NCBI RefSeq assembly: GCF_006345805.1
Contig: NC_043012.1
Coordinates: 20,894,001-20,958,000 of the forward strand
Direction: 5' to 3'
Origin: Octopus sinensis
Taxonomy: Eukaryota
DNA length: 64,000 bases
The notes under the pieces were generated by a model. It did no database searches. It had not been told where the DNA came from and was given only the letters and a program-made list of their open reading frames with translations. Every line of letters begins with the position of its first letter. Position 1 is the stretch's first letter. This document shows, one piece after another, positions 14,206 through 26,560 of this stretch. Position numbers and translations under genes: made by a program.

Positions 14206-14517
14206 GTATGTATGTGTGTATGTATAGTACCCATCCTCATACACATACATACATCATTTTCACTCGTAAAATATTTATAAAAGAACAGCATTTCATGGCA
14301 CTTTAACATTGTAGGAACAAAGCACAATCTAATATTTTATACAAATATATTGAGCATGATGCAGCTAAGGAAAATAGTCTAATATTAGGGATAAGTTGAT
14401 ATAATCTGTCAGCAGAATTAACTCGAAATTAGGTGTAGATAAGATACCCACGCATACTAATACCCATCTTTTCTTTAGGGGGTTTATATGCACCAATGTT
14501 AAACTATTTATATAGCC

Positions 14518-14832
14518 AACTAGCAGTATCGCTCGGCGTTGCTCGGGTTTGTAAGGGAAATAACTATATAAGCATTTTTATAATAGCCATCTCTATATGG
14601 CTAACCACAAAGGGAGGGTGTTACCGTAGCGTTTTACGTTCTGAGATTTAATAATACATTTTTAGAGAGTTACTTCCCTTATATAATAGCAAAAAAAAAT
14701 GCATTAAAAATGAGGGAAAATGATGGTAATTTTTTTTACCCGCTTTTGGTTACACTGCACTGCAAAATGTGGTAGTAGTTAGGAATCTAAATCGTAGGAG
14801 ACAGACACACAAGCTTCTAATTGTATTTAGAT
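14518..14832 (+). mobile_element. Helentron-associated non-autonomous element (HINE/DINE-1-like)
   Basis: Begins AACTAGCAGTATCGCTCGGCGTTGCTCGGG (subterminal hairpin) and ends ACAGACACACAA..TATTTAGAT, the layout I recall for HINE/Lep1-type elements. Classification is from memory. Confidence 0.6.
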
Positions 14833-15055
14833 GAGCGCACACTCCGCATTTTCAAGTAAAACCTTTCGTTTGTCTCGTATCTTTATTCAAGAATTGCATA
14901 TCTCCAGCTTTTAGAGATGCCCACCTGCTCTCTATTTCATCGGGATTAATAAACGTTTGGTTTAGTTTTCATAAGACATGATATAACACACTTTGTAGTG
15001 CTGATTATCCCCTCTCAGCTATTTTGGCGGTGGCTTAACTAGGCGATGTCTCCTA

Positions 15056-15265
15056 TACTCTCTTTACTCTTTTACTCTTTTACTTGTTTCAGTCATTTGA
15101 CTGCGGCCATGCTGGAGCACCGCCTTTAGTCGATCAAATCGACCCCGAGACTTATTCTTTGTAAGCCCAGTACTTATTCTATCGGTATCTTTTGCCGAAC
15201 CGCTAAGTGACGGGGACGTAAACACACCAGCATTGGTTGTCAAGCAATGCTAGGGGGACACACAA

Positions 15266-15303
<38 letters not shown>

Positions 15304-15491
15304 TATATATATATATATATATACATATATACGACAGGCTTCTTTCAGTTTCCGTCTACCAAATCCACTCACAAGGCATTGGTCGGCCCGGGGCTATAGC
15401 AGAAGACACTTGCCCAAGATGCCACGCAGTGGGACTGAACCCGCAACCATGTGGCTGGTTAGCAAGCTACTTACCACACAGCCACTCCTGC
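15056..15491 (-). mobile_element. SINE family B, near full length
   Basis: Reverse complement of head, core and tail, ending in (TTTTACTC)n; internal (CA)n(TA)n. Confidence 0.9.
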
Positions 15492-16329
15492 TATGTCTAA
15501 ATTTTATTTTACTAAGAGTAAAGCTTGGTCAATGCCGCATCCATTTAAACATATAGATCTTGTTATCTACGAATCCTTGTGATCCCGCATCCTCACATCC
15601 TTGTATTACAGTGTATGAAAGCGTTTGGTGTGTGGAGAAATCGAATACATCTTGCATCTTACTGAAAGACGAAAGTCTGTACTGGGAATAAAGAGGATCT
15701 TTGAGTAAGTAGAATCTATTGTTTCATATTAGGCTGGACATCGTCTGGAGCAGACAATTGTAAGAAGGCAGAATTATAGAGACAACAAGACCCATGAATG
15801 TCGCTGAATGCAGCATTGATCATAAGTTCACTGTTAGTAATGTATAAACTCAGAAACAGAAGACGTCCTCAAGAGAGCCACCATCATGTTTGTTGAGGGT
15901 GGAGAATCTCAAGTCATCATTATTTCAAAAGTGTCTTTTAGAAAAGACAAAAACGAACATCCTTCAATATTGATGAAATAGAGAGCAGCTGGGCTTCTGT
16001 AAAAGTTCAATGAGTACACACTGCAGCTGATGATCTCCAGGATTGGGGAGATGAATATAACAAAGAAAGCACAGCTTTTGTCAAGAGAAAAATAAACTAA
16101 TTAGTAGTGACATCATTGAAATTACCCGTCAAGAGGTCAATATTAATATCGTTTTGTAAAGAAATTTTTTAATTACTTGAGGATAGATCGTATATACTTT
16201 GTACATCCTTCGAATTAATGTGTGTGTGTGTTTGTGTGTATGTGTGTGTACGTGTGTGTAAGTATACATACATCTATACGTATATCTACCTATATGTATA
16301 TCTATGTATCTATTTCTATCTCTCGCTAT

Positions 16330-16439
<110 letters not shown>

Positions 16440-16448
16440 TATATACAC

Positions 16449-16502
<54 letters not shown>

Positions 16503-16997
16503 ACTAGTGATGAGGTAGATGGAATCTCCCGTCAACGATATTGAGACGTGCGCACTGGGATGAAGATAATTGAATACTCAGAGAAATGCCGAAGAGAAAG
16601 GCTGAAAATTGAAATCGATTGTAGCAGCGGTGGAAATGTCATGGGAACGGCTTTGTTTTACTTGAAAACCCATTTAGTCGCCTCTCGGGTGTAACTGATT
16701 CGTATCAGGCAGAAGGGGATGAAATAGAAAGATAAATTCGATATAAGGTTTCATTCAGAATGTAAACTATCCAGACTAAATATGAAAACAAATTTCTGTC
16801 CAGTGTTCCATAGCATTTGATCTTTCATGGCCTTCATCCATGCATCGTTCTTTCTGAATGTTTACTGGGTGATGACAAAAATATTGGTAAAAGGAGACTA
16901 TGTTATCTGAGTTCTGTTGGCCACGTCATGTCAAAAAACAAAAAATTAGTACAAAGTCAGGAATTTTCGGTACTCAAGTCATTGACTCTTAAAGAAG

Positions 16998-17097
16998 GTA
17001 AAGCAAAACCGGCCTCGGATGAACTTGAACTCAGAACGTAAAGAAATACTCCGAAGTATTTTGTCCGACGTGTTACAGAATCTGTCAGCTTGCCGGT
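16998..17097 (-). mobile_element. Degraded SINE family A 5' fragment
   Basis: CCTCGGATGAACTTGAACTCAGAACG..TCTGTCAGCTTGCC matches the reverse complement of the head. Confidence 0.6.
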
Positions 17098-17964
17098 TGA
17101 GTAATTTAATAACACCAATAAACTAAAGGTTCCAGTTAGCTTCTCAATTGGATTTGAACTCAGAGAGGCGAAACCAGCAAGGTAAAGTATGCAAGTGGGT
17201 GCTCTAAAGACTCCGCAAATTTGCAGCGTTGTTGTTTCAATATGATCTCTCTTACAATTTGATATTCAATGATAGGGTTAAATGAACAGCAATATGTAAA
17301 CGTTTTAGAAATGGAATACATAGCATCTCGTTTAACAGGAAATATACATTAGCGAGGCTGAGATAATTATTGTTGTTGATTCCATTTTGTACGTTTCCCT
17401 CCTGAGGTTATTTACGTAATGGAGTTTATATTCCTTGTTTATTTACAAGCAGTTTGTTTTCTTTGAAAAACGTAAACATATTAATAAATACGTGAATATA
17501 TGCATATCAAAATGTGTCTCTTTTTACTGTCATAGAAATATGCTTATCTAATATATATACATACATATTTATACGTATGCATGTAGGTATTCGCATGTGT
17601 ATATATATATTTGTGTGTATCGCATGTATGCTGCACAGATAAATACTTACACTCAAAAACGCATGTAAACACACACACAAAACTCTTTAACATCATGGAT
17701 AGACGATGTTATTGCCTCCCCACCGACTGAGTCTCTCTGCTGAAGGCAAATGAATCCTCATTCCTGGATACTAGTGTGGAATAAATCAAAGAGACAGGAA
17801 TACATACATAAATACATACATATATATAATATATATATATATGTATGTATGTATGTATGTATATATGTATATATACTTACATATATATATATATATACAT
17901 ACATTTACAAATATTATACATATATATATATATATATGTATATATATATGTATATATATATATC

Positions 17965-18200
17965 TGTGTGTGCGTACATACATGTGTGTATGTGTGCGTA
18001 CATATATATATATATATGTGTGTGTGTACGTACATATATATGTGTGTGTGTGAGTGTGCTTACATATATATGTGTGTATGTGTGTACGTACATATATATG
18101 TTTGTGTGTGTATGTGTGTACGTACATGTATGTGTGTGTGTATGCGTACATATATATATATGTGTGTGTGTGTGCGTACATATATATATGTGTGTGTGTC
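17965..18200. repeat. Minisatellite of (TG)n-CGTACA-(TA)n units, about 8 copies
   Basis: A recurring GTGTG(C/TA)CGTACATATATAT unit inside a larger microsatellite block. Confidence 0.75.
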
Positions 18201-18697
18201 TGTGTGTGTTGAATTTCCGTCTTGGAATATAGCTCTCCATAGTGCAGCTCTGTTTCTTATGAAATCATACTCGTTTTAAGAGAATATCACTGACTTTCAC
18301 CTAAAGGTTATATTTGTTTCAAGACAATTTTTTTTCCAATGTGTTTATCTGTCCGATGTCTAAAGTATTCTGTTGCTCATAGGCACGCAATGTTATTAGT
18401 ATAATTTATAACTTACATATATATAATTCAAGAACTTTAGATCAGAAGACAAGATTAATATAATTCTATTTCATTAGAAAATATCATTGACGATAATTCA
18501 TTTACTTAATGCCTAAAACCGTTTTCTAAAATGAATCTAGCGTATCGTTAGGCACAAAACCCGTGAAAATAAGATGGTAATGAACTGTCCAATGGCAAGT
18601 AAGAGATTCAAATATTGGAAATGCATCGCATGTAGTGCTAAATACATAATCCATAATGTTACTGGTCACAAGGGCTAACGTACAGATATATCTAGGA

Positions 18698-19022
18698 ACA
18701 CTCAGTTGGTTACGACGACGAGGGTCCCAGCTGATACGATCAACGGAACAGCTTGGTCGTTAACGTTCAAGTGGCTGAGCAAGTGGTTGAGCACTCCACA
18801 GACACGTGTACCCTTAACGAAGTCTCAGTGAGATTCAACGTGATACAGATTGTGGCAAGGCTGGCCGTTTGAAATAAAGCTACTACTCATGTTTGCCAGC
18901 TGAGTGGACCAACGTAACGTAAAATAAAGTGTCTTGCTCAAGGACACACGCGTCGCCGGGAATTGAACACACGACCTTACGACCCCGAATCGAATGCCCC
19001 AACCACTAATCCACGCGCTCTC
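18698..19022 (-). mobile_element. tRNA-derived SINE family C
   Basis: Minus strand: GCGCGTGGATTAGTGGTTGGG..GTTCAATTCCC, GTGTCCTTGAGCAAGACACTTTA core, tail GGGACCCTCGTCGTCGTAACC. Body shared with 49271 and 60305. Confidence 0.8.
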
Positions 19023-19029
19023 ACACAGA

Positions 19030-19688
19030 TATATAAAATTACATGACACAAACATAAACGACAACACAAGACACACATTGGGCTTTCGAATCGAGTAAAC
19101 GTTTTAAAAACCAATGGAAAATTAAACAATATCAAACTCCCAATAAGGGGATGCGCTTTAAGATCCTCCTGGAAAACTCCCACAAAAGCTACGGATGCCT
19201 CATCATCTGGGGAAAGAGCCCTTCTCCTTTAATTTCCTTTTTTACAGATGTATGCTCAGAATTGGTCGTTGTACACTGACCATTCTTCCAACATTCACCC
19301 GCCGTTCCACAAACTTGCAAGAAGGCAACCCTTCCCTATCCACCCTCACTTTCCTCTGCAAGTGAAACTTGAAGAAGTTGATGAGAGCTTGGCCAAAGAG
19401 GAAAGTGTCTGACTTTAGCCTTTTCAAACGAGTCCACCATGCTACTTCTTTCGCTACAGCCTCTAGAGAAATAAAAATTGCCTGCCCCTTCTGGCCAAAG
19501 GAGGGCAGCGGGGCAATCCTCACTATGGATTCAGCTGATAACCAAATCCCTCCTACACGTGACCGCAGGTGTTCGACATAAACCCACAGGTCAGCAATAC
19601 TCGGGCACTGGACATGGGGGTGCAGAACGGTTTCATCGCTCTGCATGCACCTCTGAGAGGCCCGTTGGATGGCACTTCCGTGCCAGTG
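19030..19688 (-). mobile_element. Tx1/L1-like LINE 3' fragment (ORF2 C-terminal zinc-finger region and 3'UTR)
   Basis: HGSAIQRASQRCMQSDETVLHPHVQCPSIADLW (degenerate CxxC..ET..H..C), then WWTR and INFFKFHL to the stop at 19242. Confidence 0.75.
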
Positions 19689-19914
19689 CTAAAGAAATAA
19701 TATTAAGATTTACGATTTCTCTAGTATTAGCGAACTCAACATTATAATAGTTATATTTTGGAGGCCAGATTATTATATTCGTATCATAACTCCGTAAAAG
19801 CACGCCTTTTTGAAAAGGTATTGAAGAAAAAAATTGCTAGAGTTGTGCTCGTGTGTTTGTATTTGGGTGTGAGTGGTCGGGCACAAATATACATATATAT
19901 GCACAGACATACGC

Positions 19915-19963
<49 letters not shown>

Positions 19964-20012
19964 TACACACACACATACACACACTCACACACACATATAT
20001 ATATGTACGTGT

Positions 20013-20089
<77 letters not shown>

Positions 20090-20111
20090 GTATATATATA
20101 TATATATAATA

Positions 20112-20181
<70 letters not shown>

Positions 20182-20974
20182 AACCTTACTTATTCAATTT
20201 ATGTATCGAAACATCAAAATCCGGTTCGGAATGAAATGACATCGGCTGATTATTATAGCGTTTTAAGTCGGCAACAAGAGGTCATGCAAAAAACTTTGCA
20301 ATTGATGAAATTGCTATCACAACTGAAAACAAATATCTATTGGTTACATTAATAATTCACGTGTCCAGAAGGTGTATATACAATGATTTTTCATTAAGAT
20401 TTTTCTAACAATATAAAGTTTGCACAATTCATTTTTTGTGTAAATTTCTATATAGAAAATTGTTTCCAAGTAGCATTTTTTTCTAATTAGTTTTGTCTGG
20501 TCTTCTGTAAAATAATGCACTGAAATGTCACTTTGTTGTATATGTATTTTCAATTGACGAAAAATATCCTATTTGTGAGTCTGGTGAAACGATTAAATTC
20601 ATCACGTTTATAAATTTCATCTTTTATTGAAATCTCTGCACTAGATTGGTCGTATAAAGTATCCCATTTTTCTATATTACCGTTTAATATAGATGAGAAA
20701 CATTTAATTCTAGTGATTTTGAAGTTTATATATAAGATAAGATAATTGAATAGTGCGAACACAGAAGAAATCAATTTATTTATCTAATAGTCAATTTCAT
20801 GTTGCCTACGCACGTTTCAATTTCCGACCTTCATTCATATTTTACAATTAAAGTTGCATTACGAATTTAAAAGGGAAGAATCCCATCAAGGCAAAATACA
20901 CAAATATTCATTTACATCCTAAAGGATGCAGAGTTCCTACTAACTGAATAGCAGCATGTATATATGTATATATA

Positions 20975-21008
<34 letters not shown>

Positions 21009-21009
<1 letters not shown>

Positions 21010-21473
21010 ATGTAAAGTATAAAAGCCATCTCAATATGGCTAACCACAAAGTGAGGGTGTTACTGTAGCTTTTTAGCCCCAGAAGATCATCGTCTCCAGC
21101 TGGCTTTAGGCACACTTTCTGTGCCCTTGAAGTATTTGCAAAGGGAGGCCATCCCTTCCTCGTAAGCCTGAGTGATACGCACGGAGCAGTTTCGAGATTA
21201 TTGTCTCTTATCAACGGGCGGTAACCACCAGGTCACAATGAAAGACAAGGCCTGCTTTGCAAATATATAAGAGTTTTTCTAGTGACGTCTACCACTGATT
21301 TCGAAAAACTGACTGTAAGCATTCTTAAATCTCAGAGCGAGATGTAAACAGTAACCGCTTGACAATGTAAAGTATAAAAGCCATCCCTTTGCAAATACTT
21401 CAAGGGCACATAAAGTGTGTCTAAAGCCAGCTGGAGACGATGATCTCCTGGGGCTAAAAAGCTACAGTAACAC
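21009..21473. mobile_element. Rearranged HINE-related element with ~90-bp inverted arms and a 22-bp direct repeat
   Basis: 21057-21146 is the reverse complement of 21385-21473. AATGTAAAGTATAAAAGCCATC occurs at 21009 and 21364. About 21025-21075 matches 14585-14636. Confidence 0.75.
21185..21256 (-). ncRNA. Hammerhead-ribozyme-like motif, U3-A8 variant core, probably inactive
   Basis: Minus RNA: AGCAG(G)C ... UUGAUAA GAGA-CAAUAA-UCUC GAAA CUGCU. Stem II has 4 bp and the stem III complement 5 bp. The cleavage triplet reads GGC instead of GUC, and stem I is poor. Confidence 0.35.
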
Positions 21474-21480
21474 TAACAGT

Positions 21481-22033
21481 AACAATATATATATACATAC
21501 ATACATGTATATATTATATCATACGTATATATATATATATGTATATATATATATACAAAATAAGAAATTGGAGGAATAGATTCCTTTCAATCATCAACTT
21601 ACAGATAATACCAATTCATATAATTAATGAACTAATTAAATAGGAACATCCAAATCCAACAGAATAAAACAGAATAAAACAATATACATCAATAAGTAAG
21701 ATAATACCATAAAAATAATACATATAAAATGGATCTTACAGCTGTTTCAGCCTGTAGATAAAGGTATCTCATTGTGCCTATATTAACTGCATATTACCTC
21801 AATATATCTGACTTATATAGGCACAATGAGATACCTTTATCTATAGGCTGAAACAGCTGTAAGATCCATTTTATGTTTATTATTTTTATGGTATATCTTA
21901 CTTATTGACGTATATTGTTTTATTCTGTTGGATTTGGATGTTCCTATTTAATTAGTTAATAAATTATATGAATTGGTATTATCTGTAAGTTGATGATTGA
22001 AAGGAATATATTCCTCCATTTTCTTATTTTATA

Positions 22034-22065
<32 letters not shown>

Positions 22066-22106
22066 CATATGATATAATATATAAATGTATGTATATATAT
22101 ATTGTT
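21481..22106. repeat. Large fold-back element, ~300-bp arms, 31-nt loop
   Basis: 21481-21783 is the reverse complement of 21815-22106. About 220 bp of each arm is non-microsatellite, with few substitutions and one 10-bp duplication in the left arm. Confidence 0.93.
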
Positions 22107-22475
22107 TTTAGTGGTTATATGTGAAACACTGCGTTCTTGTGTAGGAGATTTTCATGAAGTATTCTTCAAATCTATGACTAGTGTATATAGGGTTTGTGCA
22201 GTACGTTATACGCGTGATTTGCGCATCTTTAGTGAGTGTATTGTCTTTCGGATCCCAGTTGTTGAATTCCCCTTTCCTTTCCTCTACACCTTCGTCTGCT
22301 TGCACGAGGAAGTAAACAAGGATTTACCAACGAATTTTGTTTTTGGAAATTAAACATAACACTAATACTGAAATATGAGACTGGAATAATTTTGTGCTAT
22401 TATAGAATGTATGTATATATGCGTATGTATGTATATACATATATATATGTGTGTGTGTGTATGTATATATATATG

Positions 22476-22531
<56 letters not shown>

Positions 22532-22587
22532 CATATATATATGCAAATATATACATACATATATATATGTATATGTATGTATATATG

Positions 22588-22625
<38 letters not shown>

Positions 22626-23004
22626 GTGTATTCTGGATGAAGAACAAAGTGGTATCAGATTTTAGACATCAATTTGATTAATGATTTCTCTCGTTATTCA
22701 AGCTCTGCAAAACGATTGTTTCATTAAGGCTGAAACCAAAATTACTGTAACTGAGCAGTGATTTGGCAACGTATTTACAATATAATAATTTGTTTGTTTC
22801 GAAATCGACTCTGATAAGAATCTGTATCTTTATTGATGTGATAAGTAGCTTCATTCATGATAAGAAGCATTTTCGGATTGCTAATTTTAGTTACGATATA
22901 AGCGATATCTTATAAATATTCTTTACAGCCCTATGTAAATTAGAGCTTAAATCTGTCAAATACACACTTCTCTTGTACATTAACGTTATTGTTATCATTA
23001 TTAA

Positions 23005-23217
23005 GGCGGCGTGCCTGCAGAGTCGTTAACACGCCGGGAAAAATTCTTATAGACATATGGTCCGTCTTCACGTTCTAAGTAGAAATTTCGCTGAGGTCGA
23101 CTTAGCCTTTTATCCTTTCGGGCTCGAAAAATTAAGTACCAATGAAGTACTGCGGTCTATATACTCTACTTGTCTCCCCACTCAAAATTTCAGGACTTGT
23201 GCATTTAGTAGAAAAAG
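23005..23217 (+). mobile_element. SINE family A, tail type 2, diverged
   Basis: Head, core and TTTCAGGACTTGTGCATTTAGTAGAAA tail, followed by (TTA)n. Confidence 0.8.
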
Positions 23218-23306
<89 letters not shown>

Positions 23307-23360
23307 CATTATTATTATTATTATTATTATGATTATTATTATCATTATTATTATTATTAT
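23218..23360. repeat. (TTA)n microsatellite
   Basis: Direct reading. Confidence 0.95.
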
Positions 23361-25439
23361 CTATATCTATAAAACAGTCCTTGGACGAAAATTGTATGCA
23401 CACTTTGCTTTGACGGTTAATGGCGGCCAAACCGTGGCTAGGATCGAGTTGGAAATTGGCAGGGATACTAAATGCGTGGTGAGGATGAGACCTGCGATGG
23501 TTAAAATTTGCAGGCTATAAAGACGTGGTTGCTATGGCAAAAAGAGTGAATATTGTATCGATTCAAGGGGCCCAGAGCCCCTCTAGGTTTGTGCAATTGG
23601 CTTTTAATGCCCAGCGGCATGCACTGCGGGCTGTTGTATTTGATATACATACATTTTGTAGCGAAATTCCGGCTACTAGGAAACGATTTTTCATTGTGAA
23701 AAAACGAGTGCTTTTTGTCCTCATTTTCTTTTTAATCTTTTCCATAAATCAGATCATTATCATCATCATCTTCGTCATCGAAAGTTCAAATAAGTGCATT
23801 GCTGCTACAGCTGCAAAGCACAGTAGCTGTAGCAATAACAACAAAAATAGTACTCAGAGAAGCGGCAACTACAGTATCAGCAATGAGAACAATGGCGGTG
23901 TTTTGCTCATGGGAAATGTGGAAGTGTTTTCTCCCTTTACAAGCTCAAATTTCACAATATTGCACCAATGTTCTGACGGTAAGCGACAGTCGCGTTAGAA
24001 TGCAACAACGAGAAGAACAGCAACAACAAAATTCAGAAAAACAACATCAGGGAAATCGGAAGCAATGATAGCAAAGTCAACAACATTAGCGACAACGGAA
24101 GCAGAAGCAGCGATAGCAATAGTAGGGCAGCAGCAACAGCAACAAGAAATATAGAAATAAAGATAACAATGTACGTATTACCACCTGCAGAAGACAAGGA
24201 AATAACACCACCCACAACGTCAATAGTAAGGAATATTTCCCTGGAATAGTCTCCGCACAGGAGCTATATAATCGTTTTCCCCGAGGATAACTGGACGTAA
24301 CTAGAAGACGGCGATCGATTTAGGAAAAGTGGTGCAGGGCTTGTGTCACTCCTGAAACTTTAGATGAAATTACAAGATAGTCCTATGTCGATATGTGAGT
24401 TAAAAAAATCGTCATCGTAGCGGTCACGAACCTGCGTGTTTAGACTTTTCACTATATATAGCATGACATTGAAACATACACCTAGGAAGAGGTACTTCGG
24501 CAGATCCGAAGTGCCATTTAACACCGAGGCCCTCGAGCTGCAGTATTCAGAATACACTCACCGGAGCAAGGATTCCGGTCACTCCTCAAAAAAGCAGTAA
24601 TGGTAACAATATTGGTATTCTCACGAGGTATAAATTTCCGGTGGAAACTGGCATGCGTAGTGTTGCGCGGGAGAGTGAAACTCTAATAGATATGAAAAGA
24701 ACGAGGCAGGGTAACTTGTTTGTAAATACAATGGATGTTCTTCACCATGAAGATCCTGGGCATCTGGAAACAATCCCAGTTCTCCTATACCTGCCGAATG
24801 AGACAGGTATTAGAACAGTTGTAGAGAGTCGAGGACGAAGATATGATGCCGACGGAACACTTGACCATCTCAGATCTACGTTTCCTCACACCCAAAACAG
24901 GAAAGAGGATTGGAAGGCTCTTCTGCTACCGTCTCAATGGCCGCAACAAACAACATCAACAATAGCAGTGTGTAACAGCAGAAGCAGTTACAATAGTAAC
25001 AGCGGGGAAAAAAAGAACAGAATGGTTAGACCAGCATAACAAAAGCAGAAACAACAACACTTACCAGCATAGCAGAAAATGTCAAAAAGATTATCAGTAA
25101 TAGCAACTGAAGTGACTCAAACTAACTAATCGCTACCAGAATATATTCCTAGTCAAGACACTCTCACCTAATTTTATTCCTACCCTTCCGACATGAAGAA
25201 AATTGATGTTTTGGAATTTATATATTTATATATTTGGAATTTTTATATCAGTTTTATAAATGTAGAAGAATATATATATATATATTTGATTTTGTGTGTG
25301 GTTATTAATTATGCTCCTCTAGTTTCCACTTGCATTGCCTCCTTTCAGATGGATATATACACACACAAGAAAGCATGTCGTTGCCCATTCGAGCAGTAGT
25401 CATGGGGCTCTACATCGTGTGAGAGGAAAGCGGTACAAG

Positions 25440-25700
25440 ACAAGCCAAAACATCTGAAAATTTCCACCATCTGATCCTATACAATACTAAACCTCCAAGT
25501 ACAGCATCATTAAGAAAGAGAAGATACACAACGGAAACATCAACAAGAGAAAATTCAGCAGACAAACACAAACCCAACATCAGGACAAACACAAACACCG
25601 ACTAAATACAAAACTTCATCCACAATAACAACACAGTGCTCCTACATCCACCTTAGGACTTGTAAGAGGATAAAAGATGGAATTGCTCTCCTGCATAGCA
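25440..25700 (+). mobile_element. Highly degraded CR1/L2-like LINE 3' coding relic
   Basis: Broken frames loosely resemble L.L.SL..RR, TRGH..L and WN.LP blocks. Confidence 0.3.
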
Positions 25701-26099
25701 AAAAGAGGATAGACAGACAGACAAGGGGTTTGCTTTTAATAATAGGGCCATGAAATAGCCAAATCCCCATAAGTTGGTAATGCTACCATAAGATAGCTAT
25801 AGGGAAATGCAGGAGAGTTTCCCATGCGATAGCGTGAACACCAATGTTAACTGCTCGCGCATGCTACGTCAGTGTTTTCCTTAACAATCCCATACAGAGA
25901 AAGAGTTTTGATACTCCCTACTGCCTACAGCAAAAATTATTAAGGCAAAACACACTTTTTCCTTCTTGCATTCTTTTCGACCAACTTTAAGGAGCTTTAG
26001 GAGTGCGTTGCCTAAATTCACGTAGTCGGCGATTACTCTGGATGCGGGCATGTTTGATTAATGTCATTAGGTCACATGCTATGGGTGTGAGAGGGAGGC

Positions 26100-26560
26100 G
26101 AGAATTTCTGTCACACGTGCTATGGCAACCATTTTTGACAACTTTGATATCTCTGTATCACTGAGCGGACCCGATACGAGGGACGAAGTGTCCATGTTGT
26201 TTCATTAAGTTCTGTGTCTTGAGAGAGTGAAAGTGGCGGGGCGCTGCAGACTAGTATTTTGCGAAGAGCTGGCGGCAGCTGATGAAATACGGACAGCTAT
26301 GACTGGCGGCACGAGGTTGAAATCGCTGCGTTGGACAATCTACCCTGGGAGATTAACCATTATATATCGAGCTTGTTCCTTGTTTCTGGGCAGATGTCTA
26401 CTACACCGGACAGCAAAAAGAGAGAATTCCCAGACATGCAATATGGTTGAGGTACGGTGGTGCTGCTGAGAAAGAGCCCGAACAACAGTATGAATTCATC
26501 AACTTCAGTCCAGCAAATCTGCTAGATGCAGAGCAAAAACTTCGACAAGGTATTATCTCA
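26100..26560 (+). other. CpG-rich degenerate coding segment: probable RTE apurinic-endonuclease relic, alternatively a 156-nt exon at 26394-26549
   Basis: Frames give RTA..RHEVEIAAL..YYTGQQKERIPRHAIWL, resembling RTE APE RTA.VARELARYNIDIAAL..FWSG...R..GVGF. Separately, 26394-26549 is stop-free between CAG| and AAG|GTATTA, phase 1-1. Confidence 0.35.

Noticed and set aside
23525-24068. 157-aa and 89-aa ORFs
   Set aside because: They run through (ATC)n and (CAA/CAG)n low-complexity tracts with no domain signature.
24200-25039. 132-aa ORF at 24641, or a host exon
   Set aside because: No splice support. It faintly resembles a decayed CR1-type 3' region but is too weak to annotate.
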